A stretch of 64,000 bases of DNA, taken from assembly GCA_002633005.1 (NCBI GenBank), contig NMRA01000660.1, positions 11,478 through 75,477 on the forward strand, given 5' to 3'. Below are positions 50,035-62,964 of the stretch, in pieces. Both the position numbers and the translations under genes were made by a program. Position 1 is the stretch's first letter. Each line of letters begins with the position of its first letter. The notes under the pieces are model-generated. The model was not told where the DNA came from. It saw only the letters and a program-made list of their open reading frames with translations, and did not search any database. Source of the stretch: Phoronis australis (taxonomy: Eukaryota > Animalia > Phoronida).

Positions 50035-53000
50035 TTAACTTTCTTCAAAGTACATTTGCTCTTGGAAAGCAATTAATGCCTTCGCGTTATTGCATAGTCA
50101 GGGACCCCATTTCCCGCTCTATTGGACACGATCAAAAGAACACAAAAGAAGTTCATTTCTTTGGCTTACCCCTAATTTACCTCGAAAATTGCAGATAACC
50201 AACTCCTTACAAAATTCTAGATTCGCCAGCGCATTAACCGTTTGACTGTTGTCACACATTCTAGTTTGTTTATGTGTTGTTTATCTAGCTTACGAAGGAA
50301 TGCTTTGTTGAAGAATTCCGGGTTTACCTTGCGTTTTCAGTCCCATATTTACAATAATCATTTCTTTTAAGTTTGATGCGAAAAACCCGTTTTCGCAATA
50401 ATCATTCCCTTTAAAATTAGCGAAACGTGAACAAGAAGCAGCACTAGTCACCTCTTTACTTGTTTTTTCCTGAATTTGAGGGAGTCAACCGGTGCAACAA
50501 CTCGTGGACTGTTTTCAAGCGCGTATGCATTAGTACTCAAACTGGCCAACTAATAACCTAGCCTTTCATGAATAAATAATGTCGATTTTCAACAAATGCT
50601 ATTCGATGTTGCTTGATTTATTGTGCGTGTATTCTGTATGCTGATTATACTCACGGATGGGTCTGGTTCTGAACCTCAACTTCGTAGAATTTGTCACTGC
50701 ATTTTCCTGTTGCGTCGCTGGGAAAGAGTTGAGATAAAAGTGAAACTGAAATGTACAAACAGGCCATGCATTATATTCAGGCGAAGTTTTGAATGATGCC
50801 ATAATAATGAGAACATGAAACTACATTGCTGACCTATTTTCAAACTGAAAGTTGGTAGGATTTTTCGTGCCTAGGACATAACTTTTGGCATTTTCTATAT
50901 GTGACACTTATCCTGAGTTTGCAACAAGTGATAACTGTGTCCGCGGGCCTCGCGAACATGGTCATCCACGAGTAGCAAAATAACTTATTTTAGAAGAGTT
51001 TTGAATAATTTCTAATCGAAACAAGACAAGGTTTTTCAAGTTCGATTTTCCAATACACACTTCTTATTAATTTACAAAATTAACTTCGACAGAGGAAGTA
51101 GGCGATCATGTCACCATGGCAATAACCACTATCAAGTGTTCCTAAAATGTGTTGAACGCAAACAAACCGGTTATGCCGTGTTCTACATCCAATTGGGGTA
51201 GGCCTAAGTATCCTATTGTACTTTCGCAAAACTTGTTATTCTAAATGCAGTGGTGGATATAAGATACCGTAAAGAGGGGGGCCAACACGTTTCCTCGGGG
51301 AATTGGATAAAGTTCCGGGCCCGGGGATGAGGACGGATCTTCCGTTTGGAAACCCTATCGTTGGAAATCCGCCTATGAAATGTACACTTCACATATTTGC
51401 GCGATTGAGGGTTGCGCTGGATAATACGATGAGACTATTTAGACGTCGAAGTTTTCATGCTTATCTGCAGGCCATGAGAAAATTTGCGATTCTGAGGTGA
51501 GACATGGTCCGAGTGAAGTTTCTATTTACATTCAAGTATTAAACAGAGGCGGTAAATCTTCAGTACTGGAAGGATGTTGCGAACCAATGATATTCGACTT
51601 CATTATATAGTTAAGGTGCTTTGCAAATAAAGACATGACGACTTTCTTGTACTTTGTGCTCACAATGTTGAGGTTATCGGTTATAGCCAAGAGGAAACCA
51701 GCCTCGTGGTGACAATGGCGCTGTCAACTCCATGACTCAAAAAACTTCCGGTGCTAATCGTTCTAGGTAAGCAATTGTCGTTGACCTTGAACCTTGCACA
51801 GGACGAGAAGTGTTACCCTGGCCAAACAATATCTTTTACTGTTTCAGGATATACACGTATCGTCGAATGGGCTGGCTAAAGCCCAAAATGGGTTCAAATC
51901 GGGCTCTAGCAAGGGCAGTTACATTGGTGAAAGTTAAAAAAATCAACGTTCAAAAGTTTTTCGTTGCCCATCTCGCAACCAGTTATTTCATTACATGGAC
52001 GAAAAACGCGAATTAGATGTTTATTTTATCTTTAAAACATTTCCGTTTTGTGCCTAGTGTTACACCAATAAAAATTGCGCTCTGTAATGTTATGGTATTT
52101 ACAACAAGCCAATGACAGGCTGCGTTGGATTTGACATTGATAATCCTTTCATGGAACCGCGTATTTTCCCACTAATCTATACAAGGTATTTTGAACCTCT
52201 TTAGTCGATTTCCGTAAACTGAAACTAATAAAATCAACTATTCCGGAAGTGTAACCAAGTCGGCCCGTTTAGAAAATGTCCCACAAAACACTCTTCCGTG
52301 TTTTAATATCCTAGACGCAGGTCGATTTAGTCTGCTACATAATAGTTCACAGCGGTTCTGCCAGACATCGCTTGCATTCACCTTTTCGTGAATAGTGATA
52401 AACACCACATACGTGTGCACAAATGATAGTGAGAAGGTGGTAATCTAATGAAGCACCGTAGGTAAATGATTTGTAGAAATCATTATTTTAGTAGTATTTT
52501 GAGCATCCAGAAAAGACACAGCGTTTATCCATGACCAACTGCCAGGTTATAAACCCGCAATCTCATGTAAGACTCTTTTTCAACTCGAGATTGAATGTTT
52601 CCCAAAAATCTACGTTCTTTGACGCGCTCGTTGTATTCAAATGGATAAAATCAACAACGAAACCAAAAAATTGATAAGACACACACAGATTAATTTACTG
52701 TCTTGACACTCAATTAAGAAAGTGAGCACAGAGTTTCGTGGGTCGTGCGTTGGTTGACTTGTATAATTCAAAGTTTTGCAAGTCGGCACGGTACCGATAT
52801 CGATACTGACCGAGTGCTAACTAAAATGACGTTTTGATATTTTAACCTAGGCGGCAATGACCACATGTATTGTGGGTGTATTGTTGAACAATTAGGATAT
52901 CCGTTCTTTTATAGAATTGGCAACTTATTCAGACTTAGTTTAATGAATATTTACTCACTAGTGGGACGAAGTTGCAGGGTACTACTTGTTATTGCAATAA

Positions 53001-55685
53001 CTTTGCTTACAGCTTACCGATGTTGAAGATCCGAAGATGTGTGGCATGTATTTTTAAATCTTGAAAAATGGTGGCAACAGTCATTTCCTTGTACGTGTAT
53101 TATTCTTGAAAGTCGGACTACTATACAAGTAGGTCAGGACAATGCCAATTACTGGAGAAGTCTAAATCTTCGAACAATAATTCCAAAAATAGGTTTTTCG
53201 GTGGTAAAACCAATATTGTCCCTTGGGGGAAAAAGTACTCCTCTTGTCGCCTTTTGAACTAATGCTCCACTCAACTCATTTAACGCAGACGCTTCAGCGA
53301 CGAGTGTGGATGTATTCATCTTTATAATAATAACCTTCTCTGACCTATAGCTTCCCGTACCAACCTTCAACATCTACGATACCCATCAAGTTACCAATGC
53401 CGGTGTCTTGTTGAAAATCATTTTTACATGCACTTTCACCCACGTTCCAGTCAGCTAAACTGTTTTCTATCACTATCGGCCATGCCTTGACAGCTCTGGA
53501 ATAACTTGAGAAGTGATCAGCTGACCAACTGATAACACAACAGTTCAGTAAAGCTTTAAAAACAAGTAAATCTTTTGATGAGTCGCAGAAAATATTTCGC
53601 TAAGTTTTTATTGGAAATGTTTCAAAAAAAAAAAAAAAAACTAGTAAAACACAATTTGAACTTAAAGTAGGTTTTCCTGTGTCTTAGCATTCCCTTCGCC
53701 ATTCGAGTTTAAAACAAGTAGTTAGAAACACAACATACATGTATAGCGACGATGTGAATATGATGAATGTTGAAAATTGCCAAAGGTTTTAAGAACGCGT
53801 TTGGTGTCGAAAATGATCCACCGTAAATCACTGATTGGTGTTAAAGAACTATCGTAATATGTTGTTGGGAATCACATTGCTTGATTCGGACGTGTTTTTT
53901 GAGCCTTCAAGGTACGTCACTAGTGCAAAGGTCAGCTATTTGCAGAATGAATTTTTTGTTTCCACCTTTACAAGTTGTCAATGAATACAACTGCTGTTTG
54001 TTTGGCTTAGATGGTGTTCAAATAGCATTGTCGTTTAGTTCCTACTATACATACAGCGTAGTCAGGAGCATGCAAATACAAATTTAACACGCACATACAC
54101 GGTAGTTATCAAACACATAACGACTAAAAAGTTTTCACATTACTACAAAAGCAGACATATTTAAAATTAAAGATATTTGAAAATGAAGTAACGATCGGCG
54201 TATTTACCAAATTATCAAAATCGAATTTTACAAATCGACATTATTGTTTTTCTTAAACAATGCCATACAATTCACAGAATGCTTAGGAGAATCAAACAGA
54301 AAGAAAATTGACATGGAACACACCTGTACGCAGCATTGCATGAACAAATGTCGACTTTTCATAAAATTTGAGCCTAACCAAGTTATTCAAAGCTTAACGT
54401 TTTCACATATTTGAATAGGAACATTTAAGGAAGACCAGCGTCGACATGATCTTCTCAATGTCCGGAGGAAAACACGTACCTCTAAATTAACTTAAAATTA
54501 TTTGTTTCGCTTGTGAATATCTGTTTTGAAAATATTAAACTATGTGTAAAGAAAGGTGAGAAAAATAGCACTTACAAATAACAAACAAACACGTCACGCC
54601 TTGCCTCGTCATTAGTACTGTCTGTATTAGACCATTCCTGTCAAGCATTGAACTTCCGTGTTTGGCGTTTAATATGTCTTCGTCGTTATCTTAAAATCCA
54701 ACTTGTACTCCAGGTTGTACTTGCCACCGTTGTGTTGGTCAACTTCCCTGACAATGTTCCGGTAGTACTTTATGCGTTTTAAAATTGATAAAACAAATGT
54801 GGTCACATGATCATGACCGCGGGGTTTCACAGGCAATGTTTGTGTCACCCAAAAAGACGAAACAAAATCGTTTCAGTTTCAAAGTTTCTTTCTTAGGGTT
54901 GCACCGCTCATCTACACGACATTTCCGAAGTGAAAGCTCTGAAGTTTTATTTGAAGCTTGTCCCGGAAGGATATATCAATTTCGGATAAAACAACAGGCT
55001 ACGTAACGGTTTTTTCGTACGTTTTCAGCTACAGCGATAATTTGGACTACAATCAAAACTGTACAGAATATGAGTAACGGGCACAGAAACAAGGAACTGA
55101 ATGTTAAACTTCAACGCAGTTAGAATACTGACTGCACCAAGCGAGGCATATATAGTCCTGACATGTCAATCAAGTTATTAGAGCGCCATTACCGTTTTTA
55201 CGCACTTTTAGAGGAGTGATCAATGGAGTGGACTTTTTGAAGTTACAAATTTTGACTATAACACAATAAGCCCCGTTGAGTTTTTGTTGTTTTGATTAAA
55301 ATTACAATAGCCAATTCTTAACGATGTCTGACAAACATTCGCTGAAGCCGAGGCCCGAGACTTCACCATTCAAATAGTGCTTAAAATAAGCTACCGTCTA
55401 TCAAGTAAGATAATAGATTACAAGCAACTCCGACATTTTCTTACGAAATACCCTAGAGGAGGCGCCACCCTCGAAACATAGCATGCTCAGCTTCCGGTTA
55501 GTATATTGTGACGGACAAATCTTACGTCTATTTCGCTGTCTAGGACAACGAATGGATTGAAACATGTTCAAGGACTTCCATCAGTAGAGTCTAGAAATTT
55601 TTAGAGGCACCGGCGTGCATTTGAGCTTGAAATGAAACGTCAAGTAAATTGCTGTTGAAGTGCAAAATTGGTTTTTGAGTAGACC

Positions 55686-55983
55686 CAGTGGCGGATTTAG
55701 GGTTGCCAAAGGGGCCATGGCCCCCTGGAATTCTCTCGGATACCATTTGTCAGTTCGGGGTGCGAATTGCTGACTAGCATATGCGAGCGTCCAGGAGGGT
55801 TCAGGGGGTAGGGGCGAATGCACAATGCAAAGGCCTTGAACAAACGCGTTTACCTTTTTTTAGTAAGGTCACCAGCCCAAAGTTGGAAACCCCTGCATTT
55901 CTACATTTTAGGCTGGGCGCGCGAATCTGCCAAAATTTTGGTTCTGTCTGGGCTCTGCCCCCCCAACTCCAAATCCGTCCCTG
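55686..55983. mobile_element. hAT-like MITE with 5-bp TSD (family copy 2)
   Basis: CAGTGGCGGATTT...AAATCCGTCCCTG with TSD AGACC; reverse-complement homolog of 19773-20083. Confidence 0.8.
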
Positions 55984-56743
55984 AGACCTTATTGCTATTT
56001 ATGGAGTAACAGTATGAGCTTTATTTAAGAAGTTAACGTTTCACGAGCGTTCAATTTATTTAACCACGTACGTGGGTTGGGCAAGATAGCCGATCCAAAA
56101 CCCAAAATTCAATGCTACGAGCTAGTCTCATCTATCTGTTATTGTTGTCTGTTTGGACCTATGGCGTGAGTAGCCTGCTTTTAGAACAAAACTTCCCATT
56201 GGTCAAAATAGACTCGTTAGAGGAGTTAAAAATAGTCAAGTTTGTTTAATAGGAGGTAAAAACATAAAGCCTGCTTCGTTATGTTGGAAGGCGAGTGGTG
56301 TGTTCTTAATGTTTTTTAGTGTTTTTGTGAATATTATAAAATGTAGTCACCGAGAACGGTCGACCTCCAAGTTTGTAAAAAAATCTAAACAATTTTTACC
56401 TACAACCGAACCGACTTGTTAGTACCGTGATTTTGTTACAGCCCAAGTCAAATTGTTTCCACATCTACATGTGGGACGAAGGTAGATGGGTAGTGAGAAA
56501 AGATATAAATTAAAATCATACAAAAACACGCAAGGACACACACACCAAACTCTGTAACCTGACTAGTTCAACTAAAAATTTGATATCAGTGAGTGCGTTT
56601 CCATTTGGGAATGTATTCTTTTTAATATGGTTCAAAATTTTTCCAACAACATCCTTGAAAACGTATTTCAACACCGTCAATCTTGTGGGTTCACACCGAC
56701 GTTTTACAAAACGACGGTAAGTCGATGGATGACCCTGCATGCG

Positions 56744-56897
56744 CAGGGAAAGATCCAAAATTTTGAGTTAAGGGAGCCAGGGCAGAACATTAGCCAGGAT
56801 TTTGCCCGTCAGACATTCACACCCAGTACTGCCAAATGGAATCTGGGAGAATTTTATGAAGCCATGGTCTCCATGACACCCTTTAAGTCCCCCACTG
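56744..56897. mobile_element. Short hAT-like MITE relic
   Basis: Shares CCAAATGGAATC...GGAGAATT...CATGG...AAGTCC.CCACTG with 39127-39279. Confidence 0.5.
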
Positions 56898-59544
56898 CTA
56901 CGGAAGAGCCAAGATTTGCGAGTGCAATCAAAGACATTAACAAGAGTAATTTCATTTCCTGCCGCCATTATTGTGTCATGTGTATGTGCGTGTGCGTCGA
57001 CGGTCTATGCGAGGCGCCGACTACCATTGTGGATTTTAGTTTGTCAAATTTAAAATCGTGAAGTGTATTTGTTTAAAATATTGAGAACAAAAAGCAAGAG
57101 CAGTGTATTTTAGAAATACTCCTCGGCAAAAAGCCGAGCAAAACAAGAAAAAAATTCGGCAGTAAAGGTAATATAAATTACGTGAAGTACATCATAAGCA
57201 AGAAGTTTGCTCATTTATCAGGTGAAAGTAGGTGATTGGAATGTAGGCATGTACAGATTTTGTCCAAGGGGTTAGGGAAGTAATAAACATAAGACAGATC
57301 TACTGAAGAAGAGGAGCAAAAACAGAGAGCGGGCGCCCTTCAATCAAAAGGTTGTGATGGGAGATAGCTTGATGCCCCCAATATTCCAAGTATTATTACA
57401 AGTAAATAAACAATTAATTTTTAAAACAATGAAATTAAAGTCTCTTCTCTCAGAACCATCAAATGTTTCCCACGCCAATGTCCAGATCTTTGTTTCGAAA
57501 TTTCATACGGCATATCATATTCAGGCGGGGGGGGGGGTCTGTGCCCAGTTACATGAAACAGCCCCAAACAACAACTCAGCAGAGGCACTTTCAGGATTTT
57601 TGAAAGGGGGCTGGATTAAAGATTGTTTTATAAGGGTGGTCCAAGTCAAAAATTTGAAAATTCTAGATTTGATATCACTAAAATCAAGGAAAAATGGGGT
57701 CCGGACACCTTTGCCCTCTGACTGGATCTGCCTGTGTTCAACTGAATTGCCCAAATCTTTTTTGTACATTTGTTTCGTTATTTACTTATAGCCACATTGT
57801 TCTACAAATTTATCTTCGTTACGAGCTTAACTTTTGACTTGTGGCATTTTCTAATATTATAACTAAAAACTGAGCCCTTAATTCAGTCAAAATATTTTGG
57901 CACGTAGTCCTTTAATTTGGTGTGTTGCATGAAAAAGTTCTTATTTATTTTCTATGATATTGAGTATTCAATGTAGAAAACTCACAAATATGTTGTGCAA
58001 TTAGGGAACATAGTGGAGTCACTTTTTGGGACCGTTTCATGCAACCGGGAACTGGACCCCCATCATCACTGCCTGATGAGATCTGAAATAAGTAGCGACT
58101 TTGGGTGGGCTGTGGTGAATGAAACAGGAGTAGGGCGTTAAAAATCACCCCTGCCTGCAACCAAGTAAACCTGCCATGTATGCTTCCATAAAACAGCCAA
58201 GATGCCTATCGAGTACACAGTCCTTATAAGGTAGTTCTTACGATGCTTTGAAATTCTTGTAAACCATTTACGTTTTATTAAATCAACTATCACCAGTTAC
58301 TTAAGGGCATATTCTGCCTAAATTTCCGGCCCAACTGCTGACGGCAGTGGCCTCCTACATTGTAGTTGATGACTTCCCAGACTGTTGTATATTTCTGGTC
58401 GCGGTCAGATAGATGACAGGTCACCGAATCATCGCCGACCAAGAAGCAACTTTATACTGCATGTGAAGTAAGAGCAAAAGTTAAACGACAATGGTGAATC
58501 AAACATGGATCAAGATTCATAGCATTACACATAAAAACTAGAAAGCAATAATGTTCTAATCAGCAACCACTAGAAAAGTTGTTATCGTGTCAAACGACTG
58601 GATGAACCGCCATGGATGCACAACGAGTTGTACTGGTCCGAAAAAGACAAAATACGCAGGATGAAAAGGTAGTGTCGGCATAGTGAAAATGAAGGAAAAC
58701 AATACCAAGTACATATAGTCCGATAACTTTTCGCCTGTAAGGCGACGCTCCGGCCCAAGTTTTCAGTCAAAATACGATATCCTAATTCTACTAAGAACCA
58801 GCTTGCATGCAAAACGTAAAGTTCTTCCTATTGCCACACGCCAAGACTAAGCAACACAAGACCCTCACTAAGACGACTTGTCAAAAACGTGCTGTGCCGC
58901 ACTGAGGCCAGTAGAAAGCCAATAGATGTTGACGTCAATGAAACACACGGACCAAAGACCCGACAATGATTGCAGCCTAAAATTTGCAGTAGTTGTTGAG
59001 CAACAATCAATGACCACAATCGTTACCCGCTGAAACTTACCGCGTTGGTAATAAACTGGAATCTGGTAACTCTAATGTTCTGCGCAGTCTGGAATACGTC
59101 GACGTCCTGTTCAACTTTTATCTTCTCAAACAGGATGGCAAGAATACAAAAGTCTCCACTACCAATGCAATTGTCCCTGAAACTGGTCATTTTTAGTATA
59201 GAGTAGACAGGAGCATTAAAACTATATCAAACCCGACTTCGGCCTAATAATAAAAACTAAAAACGGCCTTCCTATCCAGTTTTCCAAAACAAAATAATCT
59301 GTATCGTCATCATCCCTCAACAATTTTGAGAAATATTTAAAAACACCTTTCAAAGTTCCAAACGACCTTTTCACAAGAAGCAGAGACAAAATTTAATAAA
59401 TAGCCGAACAGTACCCGACTTTAATTTCTTGACATGTTTTCACACACAGTCTTCATTCTCAAAGGTACAAGAACCAGCAAGATGTAAGGATCAAGGTAAC
59501 AAGTAAAAGGTCATGAAGACGTGAGACAAGATAACCACCTGACA

Positions 59545-60044
59545 TCTTCAGACATTAAAAATTCATTCATTGAATTACCCCTTAATGAAAGTGTTGATTT
59601 GGCTGTAAAATATATCACAAATTAAAATTCTGATTTTAAATTTGATGCTTAAGATCTCCAAATGTGCTGAAAGTTTCTAGAAGAGAATTTGATATTCGTT
59701 TAAATGGTCGCTTTAACTATCAAACGGATGATTCCACGATGGGTTGTCCTCTAACCTCATTATTGTCTAACTTGTTTTTAGGTCACCATGAACGATTATA
59801 TATTCAACAGTTTCAACAGTTTTCACATGAAGACCTTATGTTTTACCGTATGTCAATGACATATTCTGTGTTTTACCGTGAGTATGTCAATGACATACAT
59901 GTACTCTGTATTTTACTGTCGGAATGTGGATGACATGCTCTGCGTTTTACTGTAGGTATGTCGATGTCATGTTCTGTATTTTATTCTAGTTGTGTCGTGG
60001 ACATGTTCTGTGTTCTACTGTAGGTGTAGATGACATATTCAGTG
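59545..60044 (+). mobile_element. Penelope-like reverse transcriptase remnant
   Basis: DIKNSFIELPLNESVDLAVKYI (motif A-like), NGRFNYQTDDSTMGCPLTSLLSNLFLGHHE (motif B) and FYR-YVDD (motif C); degenerate. Confidence 0.8.
59841..60044 (+). repeat. ~34-bp degenerate tandem repeat x6 derived from RT motif C
   Basis: Consensus TTTTACTGTAGGTATGTCGATGACATGTTCTGTG. Confidence 0.85.
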
Positions 60045-60594
60045 TCAAACATCCTATGTTTTTTTTTTCAATAAGACTTCTGCGGAGCAGTGAAACAGGT
60101 GTATCTACCCTTCGTCCAGTCAACGTGCGAACCCAAATATCTTCCGAACGTCTAGAAGATCAATAATGTACTCAAAGCACTCTAATAGAAGTCTATTTTT
60201 GGTCATGTAATTCTCCCAACCAGTAAACTGTCGAAAATGGAATGGAAAGCCATGTTGTTTCCAGGGTTGTAATGCGCTCGCGACTGCACCACAAATCACA
60301 TGCTTCTAGGTATGTTTGTTACTTCCGTAAACATGGGTCGTGTAGAATACCCGGATGTAAAGCTATTTGCCAAACGTCATGCAAAGTGTCCAGGAACTTC
60401 AGAAATACCGAGAAAAACCTTGATTTGCTATTACGCGACACAGCGATAGTGGGATCCTAAAGAGAGAAGTTGTCATCAGTTGCCACGTTCACTCGAAGTG
60501 TTTTAATAAATCCGGTTGTGGATGCATGAAACACTACAGACACTAGAGGGCGTCATACTAGTTGGACCCGTCGGAGAATCAACATAAAGCGTCC

Positions 60595-60666
60595 TGTTGT
60601 CAGCAGGAAAACAACTGCTGATTTTCCTACTGTTGTCAGCAGGAAAACAACTGCTGATTTTCCTAC
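60595..60666. repeat. 36-bp tandem duplication with internal hairpin
   Basis: TGTTGTCAGCAGGAAAACAACTGCTGATTTTCCTAC x2. Confidence 0.9.
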
Positions 60667-61379
60667 TCGTGGTTTATAAAGTGTGAAGTTTGAAGAGGTT
60701 GAAGCCAAAATTGACACAAAAATAATGGCCGCTTGGTGGTGCAGAAAACGTCTTATATGTCCGAAAACAGAAATTCTGTTAAGGAACTCCGAAGAATCGC
60801 AGGAAAGCATAAAATAAAATTGAAGCTATGGGTCAAAGACGGTCGTCGTATCCATCGAAAAAGCCTGTTGTCGCATTCATAGCAAAACACTTGCCAAATT
60901 TCAGAGTAGACGAACGTTAAGACAACTGCAGGCATCTTAGCAGGAACACAATATCTAATCTTCATGACTGTGATAAGCAAATAGGGAGGTGTACGTCAAA
61001 ATAAATATGAGACTATCTCGAGCACGTGACTAGAGTGACAGAGTTAGTTCTCAACCATTAATGATCAAACAAATATAGCACGTTTTCACAAAAAATGCAG
61101 TAACGTGAACTCAAATGATGATTGGGCTCTTATTTCCATTTATTTTAGATTCAGAAAATGTATTGATGACTTTAAATGACATAGTTAGAGCAAAATATTG
61201 TAACAAGTGAGTTGACCTAACGAAGGTTGACAATCATACGAAGTGGTTAAGTAAACGTAGTTGTACAGTGTCTGTTTTCAGGTACCGACAAACTACTGAT
61301 TAACTCTCTGACTAAAATATCAAACCCGTTCCACGTGAGAGACCTGTATGGTGATATTCTAATTTTTCATAAAACGCAT

Positions 61380-61672
61380 TTTATACCACAGTATCAAGGT
61401 CACAACCTCCGACCCATGGTCTCTGACAAAAATAGTTACAAAAGCCAAGGCGAGTCGAGAAACGTAGATGGATTCGTTGCAATGTTTAGCGTTCAGTATT
61501 TGGTATAAATAGATTATTACTGTACGTGTTCCCTGTCGTTATCCTCCTTATCGAGAGCCATCGTGAATTTTGTAGAATTATCGGCCTCGGGGGTAATGCC
61601 TCTCGGGCAATAATTCTCCAAAATCCACTCGGGCATAACGACCTCGCAACGTAATAATCTCTACATGTATGT
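61380..61672. mobile_element. Short copy of the hairpin-ended element, in the 3' region of kinase paralog B
   Basis: TTTATACCACA...TTTGGTATAAA plus palindrome; aligns with 28930-29215. Confidence 0.65.
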
Positions 61673-62792
61673 AACTTGAGATATAAGCGACACTTGAGAT
61701 TTCGTTGTCTTCACCACGTTCTTAAAGACAACTAAACGAAATGTACATCAAGAATACTACAGTGGTCTTAAAAGCTTTTAATTTTACATATTAAATAGCA
61801 ATGACACTTCTAGAATCACTTACGAGATGATTAACTAAGCATAACAGACACTAGCATTGAAAACAGGCATTATGATGTAATCACCATTTGTCATTGGTAT
61901 AACACACACGATGTAGGTTACAGAAAACATGAACACCGTCTAGCAATTACAAATGACTAGCACATCTGAACATATGTAATATAATTCACAGACACGGTAG
62001 ACTTCCCTTAGAATAAGCTAAATTAACAAGAAATAAATGAAGCGAGTAACATGAGTGGCGGCGTTCATCTAGGTTTATCTCTAAATTCAAAAAGATACTA
62101 AATCCTACATTAGCCTGTGAATCTTAAATATGCAAAAAGGTATAACGCAATTATTTACGTCTTAAAATTGGAGCAAATTTGACATTTCCTTAGAACGTAC
62201 AGTTTGACTAACATTATAGACAAATTATGACAGGGTCGACTTCAATAACTGTCTCAAGGCGAGAAATATGCAACCAAAATCGCGTGCTCATATAAAAAAT
62301 ATACGGCTTTACCGTGCAGAATCTCGCGAGATCTTGCTTTTTAGTGAGGTATTCGCGTTATTGAACTCGAACATGGTGTTTGTAGTCTGTGTGCCTTGGA
62401 ACCAAATAATCCAANTTTCATTTGGCAGTTCAGTGGTGGGAATGTCTGACAGCCAATAAGGGATAATACTCTAGACAGCTGCCCAACTCAACATCCTGGA
62501 CCCGTCCCTGATTTCAATGGTAGGTTACAAATTCAGGTTTGGCTAAAATGGCCGTACATGGCTTAACGCCATCTTAAGAAAGGAACTTAGAATGCATCAA
62601 AAATATTGCAGCAAAATATGAAACATAAAACGTTTATAATTCACCAAGAGACATGTCTATTGCCTAAGTTCTCAACATTTAGATGCAGAACGTAAGATCA
62701 AAGTAAATCGTGATTAATTACACATAAGTTAAACGACATTCCACACAAGGTTCCGACAAGGTAATTGGTGGTATTGTTTTGTGGTCTAAAGT

Positions 62793-62964
62793 TCAGCAGT
62801 CGTCCTTCCCTGTGTCGATGGTTTCGTATATAAAATCGTCACCACACTTCACAGAGATAAACGTCTTCCTCTGAGTCAACATGTCTTCCAACATGGGGGC
62901 GAGGACATTAAATGATGGTCGTTTGTGAGGTACCTCTCTCCAGCACATTGTCATCAAATCGTAC
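62793..62964 (-). CDS. Terminal exon of a second Tie-like receptor tyrosine kinase (paralog B; the rest lies beyond the window)
   Basis: cag|[57 protein letters not shown]. It differs from 19083-19254 at 13 of 172 nt, and its 3' UTR is homologous. Confidence 0.9.

Noticed and set aside
58062-58100. CTGATGA...GAAA hammerhead-like core
   Set aside because: Stem II is essentially absent and stems I and III do not pair convincingly.
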